64,000 nt of DNA from Patescibacteria group bacterium (lineage in GTDB: Bacteria > Patescibacteriota > Minisyncoccia > Phycocordibacterales > PALSA-1337): assembly GCA_018971685.1 (NCBI GenBank), contig JAGXAG010000001.1:19162-83161 (forward strand), read 5' to 3'. The notes under the pieces are model-generated. The model had not been told where the DNA came from. It searched no databases and saw only the letters and a program-made list of their open reading frames with translations. Numbering within the stretch: the stretch's first letter is position 1; each line of letters opens with the position of its first letter. Both the position numbers and the translations under genes were made by a program. Shown piece after piece: positions 29,070-37,943 of this stretch.

Positions 29070-29705
29070 TTATGTTATTTGTATCGGCTTCTCGGTCTCG
29101 CCGGGGTTGAATAACTTATAGAACAATTCTACCACTTCTTCCGTGCCCAATTCCGCGGTTCTGATGCCGCATCTGACCAGTCCCTGTTCGACCACTGAGA
29201 CTCTCTGTTCCAGTTGCGTGCGGTATTCATTGAACTGTTCGTCCGGGGTCGGCCCCTGGCCGCCGTTTTTCCGACCGGGCAGGAATTTTGAAACAGGGTT
29301 TTTGCTCGCGGTCATGATCGGCGGGTCATAAGGTACGACAACGAAGAAGCTCTTGGTCATAATGTTGGTGTTTTCGACGAAAGTCTTGATGAAGTCTATG
29401 TATTCGCGGACCTGGATCTTCATCAGCTCGGTAGTCTGTTCTTTGTACCGCCCTTCCAACAGGGCGATATACGGCCGTATGTCTAGCTTCTTCGATTGCA
29501 CGAATATTTGCACCGAAAAATCCAGCGAATTCAGGAAATTCTGGAACTGGAACATGATGGAATTTTGTTCATCGGCGGACTTCAGGGCGAAATTCAAGGA
29601 CGATGCCAAGACGACGGATCTCATGCCGCCGTTACGCAGGATGATCACACCGTCGCGAATTTCGCGGATTGGCACGAAGTCTTGGGTTGTTTGTGATTTG
29701 GTGGC
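29070..29705 (-). CDS. VirB4 N-terminal (CagE_TrbE_VirB) domain protein, encoded separately (split VirB4)
   Basis: Start set at MATKSQTTQDF (ATGA overlap with the PrgI-like stop); the track ORF runs to 29900. The FVPIREIRDGVIILRNGG pattern is typical of the VirB4 N-domain. Confidence 0.55.
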   Translation of the reverse strand, partial: ATKSQTTQDFVPIREIRDGVIILRNGGMRSVVLASSLNFALKSADEQNSIMFQFQNFLNSLDFSVQIFVQSKKLDIRPYIALLEGRYKEQTTELMKIQVREYIDFIKTFVENTNIMTKSFFVVVPYDPPIMTASKNPVSKFLPGRKNGGQGPTPDEQFNEYRTQLEQRVSVVEQGLVRCGIRTAELGTEEVVELFYKLFNPGETEKPIQIT

Positions 29706-29707
29706 CA

Positions 29708-30145
29708 TTATTTCTGGTTCTTGTTCGAATAAACGCTCTCTTTGATATCCAGACTCCACGCCAAGTCTTTCAATTTGCTGTCGGATATTTTCGGCACCAT
29801 TACGGAAGCGTAATTCCGGATCTCTTTTGCGGCGGCTTGGCCGCTTGCCGGCGGCTTCTTGTCTTCTTTTTTCCATATGTACAGCTTGCCCCCCCGCCAA
29901 TATTTGAACGCCGACTCGGCGACACTCAACAACGGGAAGTGGTTGTAGACTTTGTAGAAAGCGAGCGCCGCGGATACGGCCATTATTACAAGCATTGGGA
30001 TCAAAGCCAATGCCAAGTTGCCGATGATGACATAGGTTATGAATGACAAGCCTCCCCCGCCGGCCAGGTATATGAATTGCTTCAAGGTGAGCGGGCCGAA
30101 AATTTTGTCCTCTACCTCTATGAATTGGGGAACTTGGAAGCGCAT
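29708..30145 (-). CDS. PrgI/VirB3-like small T4SS membrane protein
   Basis: MRFQVPQFIEVEDKIFGPLTLKQFIYLAGGGGLSF followed by 2 TM helices. PrgI family pattern. Confidence 0.55.
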   Translation of the reverse strand: MRFQVPQFIEVEDKIFGPLTLKQFIYLAGGGGLSFITYVIIGNLALALIPMLVIMAVSAALAFYKVYNHFPLLSVAESAFKYWRGGKLYIWKKEDKKPPASGQAAAKEIRNYASVMVPKISDSKLKDLAWSLDIKESVYSNKNQK

Positions 30146-30216
30146 TGATTATATTATAGCGGAATATTCGGTTTAACGCTCTCGTTTGTTGCCGTACATG
30201 TATATTTGGTGGGGAT

Positions 30217-30987
30217 TTATTGTATGGGTTCGCGATACGGATCTTTCTCGTAAGGTTTATTTTTCACCCCTGCCTCTTTTGGTTGCTCCATTTGCTTTTT
30301 CACCTCCACCGGCAAATTCGCCGGCACGGTACCTTTTTGTTGTTCCTCATCCTCTTTCACATCCACCGCGCCCTTTTTCTCGTCCGACACAATTCTCGTA
30401 ACCTTTTCCGTGACTGTCGCGGTCGTGTTTGCCAACAAGTGGTCGACTATCGGGTCCGTATGTTCCTCATCCTTCCAAATTTTTCCATATCTACCGCCCC
30501 CGCCCCCGATTTCATTGCCGTTATCGTTGCCATTTCCGCCATCATTGTCACTCTCGTCCTTCACGATCTCAAATTCCCCCGCCCGCTCCACCGCCGCAAT
30601 ATCGCGTTCTTTCTGCGCGGTGTTCGGGGAATATATTTTTTGTTCCAGTCCATCTTCCGGAGTGATTTGTTCCTCCATTTTTTGCAGGTGCTGTCGAATA
30701 GGATTAAATACTTCCGAATTGATGTCAGTGGCGATTTCCAACGCCGTTTTTCTGTCTATTGAACATCTCGATGCCATATGGCTTGTAAAATCAGCCGATC
30801 TTGCCAAACCCAACATCACCAATCCCACTTCGTCGACCAATTCTCCCGTCTGATCTATCAACAGTCCGTGTTTTTTCGCCACAGCTTCGATTTTGTCATT
30901 CATTTCCGTAGAAGTTATTGCCTCCCGCACTTCCGCCGGGAGCTTTTCAAACTGATTTTGTATTTCTTCTGAAGTAAATTGTCTCAT
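30217..30987 (-). CDS. hypothetical acidic/Gly-Asn-rich protein
   Basis: 256 aa. Start overlaps the VirB6-like stop (30984-30987). Confidence 0.45.
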   Translation of the reverse strand: MRQFTSEEIQNQFEKLPAEVREAITSTEMNDKIEAVAKKHGLLIDQTGELVDEVGLVMLGLARSADFTSHMASRCSIDRKTALEIATDINSEVFNPIRQHLQKMEEQITPEDGLEQKIYSPNTAQKERDIAAVERAGEFEIVKDESDNDGGNGNDNGNEIGGGGGRYGKIWKDEEHTDPIVDHLLANTTATVTEKVTRIVSDEKKGAVDVKEDEEQQKGTVPANLPVEVKKQMEQPKEAGVKNKPYEKDPYREPIQ

Positions 30988-32891
30988 GTTTTTGGTTTTT
31001 CTTCTTTCCTTTCGCCTCCTCCACCCTCCTCCTCTTTCAGTTTATCTTGCAAGGCCTTTGCAAGTTTGGCCATGTCTTTTCCACCCTTCACTTTCTCGCC
31101 CTCATCTATATCCTTCTGTATTTCATCAAGCTGTTTCTGATATTTTTCTACGATTTTAGCCCTTTGTTCTTTCAGGCTCTTCACTTTTTCTAACTCAGAC
31201 TCGTCTTCTGTGGCCTCAGCGATATTCTGTGCGTACGCAATTTGCTTATCTAATTCTCCCGTCTCTTCTTTAATCTTTGCATTTATCTCAGCTCTTTTTC
31301 CATAGTTCTTTTTAAGATTATCAGCTAACGAATCGCGAGATAATTTCGTAGCTGATTCGCGAGCGCCTCTGCTAGTCAACATTCCGTAGAAGACGCTTCT
31401 CTTTGGCAGATTCTGTCTAAATCCTTCTTGTGCTCTTTCGGCTCTTTCTTTTGCCGCATTGAATTCCGCATCGGTAGTGTAATCGCTTCTTTCTACTTCT
31501 CCAAGTCTCTTATGCATAGCCTCGATATCTTTCTTTTCTTTCTTTAGGGCGGCATCATATCCGCCTTTCTTCCCACCAAATCCAGCCGAACTCACCTTCG
31601 ACAACCCCTTTGAAACCATCATGCCCGTCGCAGGACTAAAGGCCGCAAGACGAGCCACGGCGCCACTTTTATTTAATGCATAAGCAGCTTGGCCTGCAGT
31701 ATTTCTTCCAATAAATTCTCCAACCCTACTTCTGGCCCAGTTGCTGAATTTACCGGTTATTGTCCCCGATGCTCCAGAAAACTGCAGTGCGGTTGCAAGC
31801 GGAATGTTTATGAGGAAGATAGATACGGCAAAACCGACGAATAGTTGTAGATACGGCACATACCAGTAAGTGCCGGTGGTTCCGACCAAACCGGTTTGTT
31901 GTCCCAGACTGCTCAGGTTCATAGCCATCATGAGTTGTACTACCACATAGGTGAGAAAGAGATAGACCGGTAGAAAGATCAGATTGGCTTTCAAATGATT
32001 CCACCATTTTCCAGACATTTCTTTTTGTATTTGTGGTAGAACAAAACCGGCAATCCACAGAGGAGAAAATGCTAGTAGAAGGATCAGAATAACTACACGC
32101 CAAAGGGCCGCCGCGGCCGCGCCTATGAAGCTAAGTCCTGCGAAAATTGTAACCACAATTGCCGCAGAGTTGATCAAAATAAGGCGAATGCCGGCGTCTA
32201 TTCGAGTTCCCATGTTTTGTAATTGTCCTTTGTTTCCCCACCACTGCGTAACATCTAATGCACCCATGAATACATTTGCTATGCCGCCGTTTCCGTTTAT
32301 GCTCGTGATTGCCCCGATAGAGCAGGTAATATAAGTATTCACCCCAGCATTATTTTCACATGAGGATAGAGAGGCAGATGAAGACATGGCATTGTAAAAC
32401 TCCAATGACACAATATTTGAAGCGTCGATAAGCACTCTGGTAAAAAAGAAGCTGAAATTAATCAAGATGCCGGCAATGACTATATTCTTTATAAGGGTAC
32501 CCCAGCTGGCCGGTTTCAAGTCAAGGATCATCTGTATGGCGGCGATCAATATCAGAAAGATCAAAACCATTGTAGCTAGATCCCTTACAGTTCCCCATAT
32601 CTGGAATATTGCCGGAGTGTTATTTATGAATACACCCAAGTGAGTTGTAAGATACATAGCAAAATTCAAGACAACAGCAGCTAGAGAAAGTCCGAAGCTA
32701 ACTATTGTGAGAGCGAAATATATTAGATAACCGATAACTTGTAACGCGAATCCAATGGTTAAATCTTGAAGTCCTAAATATCCCGACACGGCTTGTGCCA
32801 ATTGTGCATTTGCCACATGCCAACTTCCTATCCACGCAAAAATCACCATAGATATTACGGGAACAATTTTTTTGTAATTTATCTTGGGCAT
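30984..32891 (-). CDS. VirB6/TrbL-like polytopic membrane protein with C-terminal charged coiled-coil tail
   Basis: At least 8 TM helices over about 450 aa, then a K/E-rich tail. TrbL/VirB6-like architecture. Confidence 0.55.
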   Translation of the reverse strand: MPKINYKKIVPVISMVIFAWIGSWHVANAQLAQAVSGYLGLQDLTIGFALQVIGYLIYFALTIVSFGLSLAAVVLNFAMYLTTHLGVFINNTPAIFQIWGTVRDLATMVLIFLILIAAIQMILDLKPASWGTLIKNIVIAGILINFSFFFTRVLIDASNIVSLEFYNAMSSSASLSSCENNAGVNTYITCSIGAITSINGNGGIANVFMGALDVTQWWGNKGQLQNMGTRIDAGIRLILINSAAIVVTIFAGLSFIGAAAAALWRVVILILLLAFSPLWIAGFVLPQIQKEMSGKWWNHLKANLIFLPVYLFLTYVVVQLMMAMNLSSLGQQTGLVGTTGTYWYVPYLQLFVGFAVSIFLINIPLATALQFSGASGTITGKFSNWARSRVGEFIGRNTAGQAAYALNKSGAVARLAAFSPATGMMVSKGLSKVSSAGFGGKKGGYDAALKKEKKDIEAMHKRLGEVERSDYTTDAEFNAAKERAERAQEGFRQNLPKRSVFYGMLTSRGARESATKLSRDSLADNLKKNYGKRAEINAKIKEETGELDKQIAYAQNIAEATEDESELEKVKSLKEQRAKIVEKYQKQLDEIQKDIDEGEKVKGGKDMAKLAKALQDKLKEEEGGGGERKEEKPKT

Positions 32892-32893
32892 GA

Positions 32894-34567
32894 TTATCGA
32901 TTAAACAAGAACGAACTCCCCGCGCTATCGGGGAAACTGTCGCAGGATTGCTGGAACTTAGCCGCTTCGTCGGCGAACGGCTTCAGGGCATCTTGGACGG
33001 TCTTAAGGTCAGTTTGTGAACCTTGAACATCGTCCTGTGATATGTACAAGGAAGAAACATAAGTCGAATTGTCTGATCCGCTCGCACCTGAACCGTTAAA
33101 TCGTGTAGAAATAGCATTGATATCGTCTACGGTCGAGGCTGAGTTTATGTCGGAAATCAATTGCTTCGCAGCTACGACTTTTTGGTCGGCCGCCGCCATT
33201 TTCACTCCGTAAATGGTTTCTAACGGCTCAACTTTCGTAGCAATGGCCGAATCGATAGCCGCCATCTGCCCACGCGCATAATTCAAGGCTGCCTGGTTAA
33301 CGAAGGCTGTTTGTGTTGTAGAGCCGACTTTGCCGTCAAAGCAAGTCTTTGCTGCCGAGTACTGATTTTTGGTTGCGGTGATAGAGTCGGTAATTTGCTT
33401 GTAAGTTTGGTCGTATTGTGAAGCGAGCGAATAATAGTCGTTTGCCGCGGACAAAATGGATTGTTTGGCGCTTGCGAGTTGCTCGTTTTGCGATTGTTGT
33501 TGCAATTGATAAATAGCGCCAGGCAAGCCACTACTTCCTCCCGGGCTACTGGCAGTATGCAAACCGCCGGTCAGAACTTTGGTTACTAGTTGTCCGAACA
33601 ATGCTCCGACCACTTCGTTTATGGAATTGGCCAAGTTTAGCTGATCCTGCGGAATGCCCAAGGATTTGTTGATGGAACCGGCGATAACCGATCCCGGCGT
33701 CTGTGTTTCGCAATCTTGGTAGCTGACGGTTCCGTCTTTGTTCTGTTGTCTCGTAAGCCCCGCGTTCTCGTACGACATGGCCGTGTTATAGTTATCCGGC
33801 GAGAGGTCGTTCGGGTCTATAGTATCCACCGTTTGACATTTCTGCCAGGACAAGAACCCGCCACCTTGGGCCAATTGCTCGTGATATTGTCCTTGTTTTG
33901 ACGATATCCTAGACAAAAGGTCACTTTGGGCCACGAGATATGCACCAACCGGATTATTCTGCGGCTGGGTAGTCATGGTTATGAATGCCGGCCAGCCGCC
34001 CTGCTTGAAATCACCGTTCATAAAGCCCTGAATGCTGTAACCGTTAACCGTCGAATTTGCCACGCTCTGAATGACGGTGGATAAGGTGCAAGTGTAGCGC
34101 GGATACAAGTTAGCTTGTCCCAAAGCGAGTGCCAAGCGTATGTCGACATTGAACGGCGTACACAAATTCGCCAGTATGCCGGTCTGAGCTATGAAGTCTC
34201 CAGTTACCTGATCGGCCACATCAAGGAAAAAAGCTTGTGGATTTGTCAAAAACGCCGGATTGCCTTGAAAACCAGAATTAATCCAATTGACTACGCTAGT
34301 CGTGACCTCTTGGAGCGCAATCTTCGCCACTGTCCAAGCCACGCCATCCCAGGTGCATTTGGCACTTTTCATTGCGTCAGTGCTGTTGTCTTGTACTGGT
34401 ACCCTCTGGCTGAAGCTCACATTCAGACTTTTGCAACCGAACAAGCTACCCAGTTGCGCGTGTGCTGGGACCGGGTTGAAAATTAATACTGTCGCCAGCA
34501 TAGGCATAATTGCCGCAATCAGGCACAACGAGGCAAGCAGTGAATTTTGGCCATCAGATTTGAACAT
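32894..34567 (-). CDS. large secreted hypothetical protein (signal peptide, Cys-containing, Gln/Ser-rich)
   Basis: 557 aa. MFKSDGQNSLLASLCLIAAIMPMLATVLIF signal/anchor. Abuts neighbours with 2-nt gaps. Confidence 0.5.
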   Translation of the reverse strand: MFKSDGQNSLLASLCLIAAIMPMLATVLIFNPVPAHAQLGSLFGCKSLNVSFSQRVPVQDNSTDAMKSAKCTWDGVAWTVAKIALQEVTTSVVNWINSGFQGNPAFLTNPQAFFLDVADQVTGDFIAQTGILANLCTPFNVDIRLALALGQANLYPRYTCTLSTVIQSVANSTVNGYSIQGFMNGDFKQGGWPAFITMTTQPQNNPVGAYLVAQSDLLSRISSKQGQYHEQLAQGGGFLSWQKCQTVDTIDPNDLSPDNYNTAMSYENAGLTRQQNKDGTVSYQDCETQTPGSVIAGSINKSLGIPQDQLNLANSINEVVGALFGQLVTKVLTGGLHTASSPGGSSGLPGAIYQLQQQSQNEQLASAKQSILSAANDYYSLASQYDQTYKQITDSITATKNQYSAAKTCFDGKVGSTTQTAFVNQAALNYARGQMAAIDSAIATKVEPLETIYGVKMAAADQKVVAAKQLISDINSASTVDDINAISTRFNGSGASGSDNSTYVSSLYISQDDVQGSQTDLKTVQDALKPFADEAAKFQQSCDSFPDSAGSSFLFNR

Positions 34568-34569
34568 GA

Positions 34570-35469
34570 CTATTGAATGAGTGTATTCATAATATCTTGA
34601 TTAAAATCAAACGATACACCATGTACTTTGAGCGAGTCAGTCATACCTTTTAGAGCGTCAACCAAGTCTTGTATTCCTTTCGGGTGGGCGCTTACGCCGG
34701 CCAAGCCCTTAACAGGATCAGCCGCAAGCGATCTCAATTGTTCGGCCGCGAATTCAAGCGTGGCAAAAGCGTTGATCAACGCGGCGTCTTGTGAAGACAA
34801 CTCTTGTGGTACTGGTACATTCAACAGTTCGGAAACTATGCGTTTATAAGCGACGACAATGGGATCTATCCCTCCAAGAACCGACGGATCGTTGTTCGTC
34901 AGATATTCCTGAACCACGGCCGATTCATTTTTCGTCACATCGTACGAATTGATTATGCCGACCAGCGCATTGCTGAACGCCTGCACGGAAGCAGCATCGG
35001 TCGCGCCTGTTATGCGAAGATCATCCGCGGTATAAGTCTTCGGCGGAGAATCGTTAAACGATGAGTTGACTGTATTTGCCATGGCCTGGCTTATCATATC
35101 AGAATTGGTGTCAAGCCCGGCCTGCTTCAACATCGTGTATCTGGAAAAGAAATCGCGCCCAAGCCTATCTGTATCAGTCAAAACGGCGCGGTTATTCGTG
35201 TTCGATACACTTGACCTGTAGTTTATCGTTTTTCCGGTCGAGGGAGCCGTTGTTGTACCGCTATCAAAAAATTCCTTTTGCCAATTTGCCGACGAGTTGT
35301 CCGCCGAGATTTTATAGTCGTAATGGGCCGATGCCGCCAAGTCCGGCCGGCTTTGCGCGTCCGCGGAACCTATTTGCCCGGAATTCACATAAGCAGCCAC
35401 GCCTATTACAATTGCGGCGCTTGCGACGAATACGAATATCGTTTGTCGGCGCGAGTAGAAAGACACCAT
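34570..35469 (-). CDS. membrane-anchored hypothetical protein (N-terminal TM plus about 270-aa extracytoplasmic domain; VirB8-like size and topology)
   Basis: Start at MVSFYSRRQTIFVFVASAAIVIGVAAYV; the track ORF runs to 35490. First gene of the minus-strand operon. Confidence 0.4.
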   Translation of the reverse strand: MVSFYSRRQTIFVFVASAAIVIGVAAYVNSGQIGSADAQSRPDLAASAHYDYKISADNSSANWQKEFFDSGTTTAPSTGKTINYRSSVSNTNNRAVLTDTDRLGRDFFSRYTMLKQAGLDTNSDMISQAMANTVNSSFNDSPPKTYTADDLRITGATDAASVQAFSNALVGIINSYDVTKNESAVVQEYLTNNDPSVLGGIDPIVVAYKRIVSELLNVPVPQELSSQDAALINAFATLEFAAEQLRSLAADPVKGLAGVSAHPKGIQDLVDALKGMTDSLKVHGVSFDFNQDIMNTLIQ

Positions 35470-35564
35470 AATATTATTATACCAAAGCAAGGATCAAAAC
35501 GATTGAATCGTGGGGATAACAAGCGCCGCGGCTAAATATTCTGCGGTCTGATATAATCATAGTT

Positions 35565-36623
35565 ATGGCCAAGCGCGCGCGATTTAACATACTGATAATT
35601 ATTGCGGCATGTGTTGTATTTACCGGTACGACTTACGCCTCCGGAATATTTGCGAGAAACCTGTCCATAGGCATGAGCGGCGCAGATGTCGAAAAACTGC
35701 AACAATTGCTGAATTCCGATCCTACCACAGCGGTTTCTTCTTACGGGCCCGGTTCCGCCGGCGCCGAGACTGATTATTTTGGCGCAAAAACGGCCGCGGC
35801 TGTAGCCAAATTCCAGGAAAAATACGCGCGAGATATCCTTACGCCGGCGAGATTGTCTTATGGCACCGGATATGTCGGGCCGCTGACGCGGGCAAAATTG
35901 GAGACTGTCGCCGCGAAACTGTTTCAGCCGACAGTCTCGACGGCTTCGTCAGGCCCCGCGGTGCCAGAAGCAACGGCTTACGCTGAAGCTCAAGATGTCT
36001 CGACATTGCAAAAGTCACTGGCGCGCGGTGTCATACCGCAGTGGGCAGCTTTCGCAGCTCTACATGCTGACGATTTGTTGATATTCGGACTTTCCAATGA
36101 TAAAGTAAAACCGGGCGATATACTCGTCGTTTCCGGTTTTGGCCTTGATCCCGATACGACAATTCACTTCGGCAACAAGGTTTCAACATCGGTATCAACT
36201 TCATCCGGCAACGAATTGATCGTGAAAATACCATCTATTCCCTACGGTGTGTACGATGTTTGGGTGAGCAACACGCGCGGGACAACCTTGGGTAAGACGC
36301 CGTTCAAGATAACGATTGGTGCGGTTACCGATAACAGACCTATGATTTTTTCCGTATCTCCTACACACGCGACCAGAGACGATGAAGTTACTGTGACTGC
36401 AAAAGGGCTGGATGCATCCGGCAACAATATTTACTCATCTCTTGGTATAATAAAGTCGATATCGTCCAGCGACGGCAAGACGATACGATTCAAAGTTACC
36501 GATTTGCCGAATGCTTACGGTTTTTTCAACAGCCCATCGCTCAATAAATTTACCGTAACTTTTGGAATCAGAACCGGCGACGGATTGAGTGTAAATTACG
36601 GATACTTCATCATTTCAAAATGA
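35565..36623 (+). CDS. secreted protein with peptidoglycan-binding (PG_binding_1-like) domain and beta-sandwich repeats
   Basis: GMSGADVEKLQQLLN...FGAKTAAAVAKFQEKY PG-binding motif. Signal peptide. Confidence 0.55.
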   Translation: MAKRARFNILIIIAACVVFTGTTYASGIFARNLSIGMSGADVEKLQQLLNSDPTTAVSSYGPGSAGAETDYFGAKTAAAVAKFQEKYARDILTPARLSYGTGYVGPLTRAKLETVAAKLFQPTVSTASSGPAVPEATAYAEAQDVSTLQKSLARGVIPQWAAFAALHADDLLIFGLSNDKVKPGDILVVSGFGLDPDTTIHFGNKVSTSVSTSSGNELIVKIPSIPYGVYDVWVSNTRGTTLGKTPFKITIGAVTDNRPMIFSVSPTHATRDDEVTVTAKGLDASGNNIYSSLGIIKSISSSDGKTIRFKVTDLPNAYGFFNSPSLNKFTVTFGIRTGDGLSVNYGYFIISK

Positions 36624-37153
36624 TTATAAAACAAACCTCATTTGACAGATTTTCGCAGCGAAAGGCGCGGTTTAACCGGCTGTTCGTCTTGGCAGTTATA
36701 AGCATAATGATTTTTTCTCCACTTCACACTCTGGCACAGATGAACAATTTTGACGGAGGCACCCTTCAAGGTATGGATAGCGAATGTTCGTGTTCAGGCG
36801 GCGAGACTATCAAGGTCCAAAGTTATGTAGATGATAGCCAGCATGTGTATCTGTACCAACCGGGTGTGACCACACTTGATATGAATTATAATATCATGTC
36901 AAGCGGCAATTATTTCTTGACGACACTTTTTCCTTTTGCCATGTGTCTGGATGCCAGCGAAGACTGTGAGGGCAGTAGCGGCCAACAGCCGTCAGGCATA
37001 TTTCTGGAAATTGGCACCTCTCTTAGATTCGATAAGAATTCGTTGATGGCGTTTCTGGATCAATTTCCCGGCGCAACACAGTTGTCCGGAGCTGTTACCA
37101 GGGCGTTCTCTCCAAATCAAACCACTTTTCCAAGTTTAAGTCCTCCGCTCTGA
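36620..37153 (+). CDS. secreted Cys-rich hypothetical protein
   Basis: N-terminal signal/TM. The 3' end overlaps ksgA convergently by about 59 nt, so the exact stop is questionable. Confidence 0.4.
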   Translation: MIIKQTSFDRFSQRKARFNRLFVLAVISIMIFSPLHTLAQMNNFDGGTLQGMDSECSCSGGETIKVQSYVDDSQHVYLYQPGVTTLDMNYNIMSSGNYFLTTLFPFAMCLDASEDCEGSSGQQPSGIFLEIGTSLRFDKNSLMAFLDQFPGATQLSGAVTRAFSPNQTTFPSLSPPL

Positions 37154-37901
37154 CTTTTTCGCTCAGTGACTTATCACGCCACACGGCGTCAATTCTCTCC
37201 GCGCCAAATATGCCTTCCAAATTATTGCGCAGCAACTTCCTCTTGTGCGCAAAGCCGGCCTTGACGATCCGGAAGAATTTTTCGATTGAGACGCCGTTTT
37301 CTTTGAATCGTTTATCGGAAATGTCCATTATTGAAAGTATCGCCGAATCGACATTCGGCGGCGGATAGAAAGCGCCGCGCGGCACTTTTGCCATGATTTT
37401 CGGCGTGCTGAACGCTTTTACCGAAATTGAAAGAATGCTTTCCTTGCCGTCGCGCGCGATAATTCTTTCCGCCACTTCCTTCTGGACCAACATGACCATT
37501 CTGTTCGGCCGCGGCTCTTTTTCCAAGAATTTCTCCAAGATCGCGCCGGTTATGTAATACGGAATGTTTGCGATCAGCGCATATCCTGCGTTCTCCAATC
37601 CGGTTGCCGTTGGATCAAATACCAAAACATCGCCCCGGATGATTTTAAGATGGCCGTTGGCACATTCGGCGGAGAATTGATCTTTTAGCAATTCCATGGC
37701 TCTCCCATCCTTTTCTATGGCAATAACCTCCGCGCCCGCCGCCAACAATCCACGCGTCAAAAATCCCGTTCCCGGCCCGATTTCCAATACTTTCTCACCC
37801 CGCCTGATGTCAGCCGCCGCCATGATCTGATCCAAAACATGTCTCGAACGCAAAAAATGTTGCCCCAGTGATTTTTTCGGTTTGATTTGTTTAGTTTTCA
37901 T
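37095..37901 (-). CDS. ksgA: 16S rRNA (adenine1518/1519-N6) dimethyltransferase
   Basis: SLGQHFL, LEIGPGTGFLT SAM motif, NIPYYIT. The track ORF starts at a TTG (37919). ATG at M7 chosen; it is preceded by TGTGTTATTCT. Confidence 0.85.
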   Translation of the reverse strand: MKTKQIKPKKSLGQHFLRSRHVLDQIMAAADIRRGEKVLEIGPGTGFLTRGLLAAGAEVIAIEKDGRAMELLKDQFSAECANGHLKIIRGDVLVFDPTATGLENAGYALIANIPYYITGAILEKFLEKEPRPNRMVMLVQKEVAERIIARDGKESILSISVKAFSTPKIMAKVPRGAFYPPPNVDSAILSIMDISDKRFKENGVSIEKFFRIVKAGFAHKRKLLRNNLEGIFGAERIDAVWRDKSLSEKVRAEDLNLEKWFDLERTPW

Positions 37902-37943
37902 GAAATGAGAATAACACAAACATCTAGAATTTTCGTCAGCCGC

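Noticed and set aside
30220-30853. Three overlapping plus-strand ORFs opposite the 30217..30987 gene
   Set aside because: Pro/His/Arg-rich low-complexity translations of the antisense of a Gly/Asp/Asn-rich gene.
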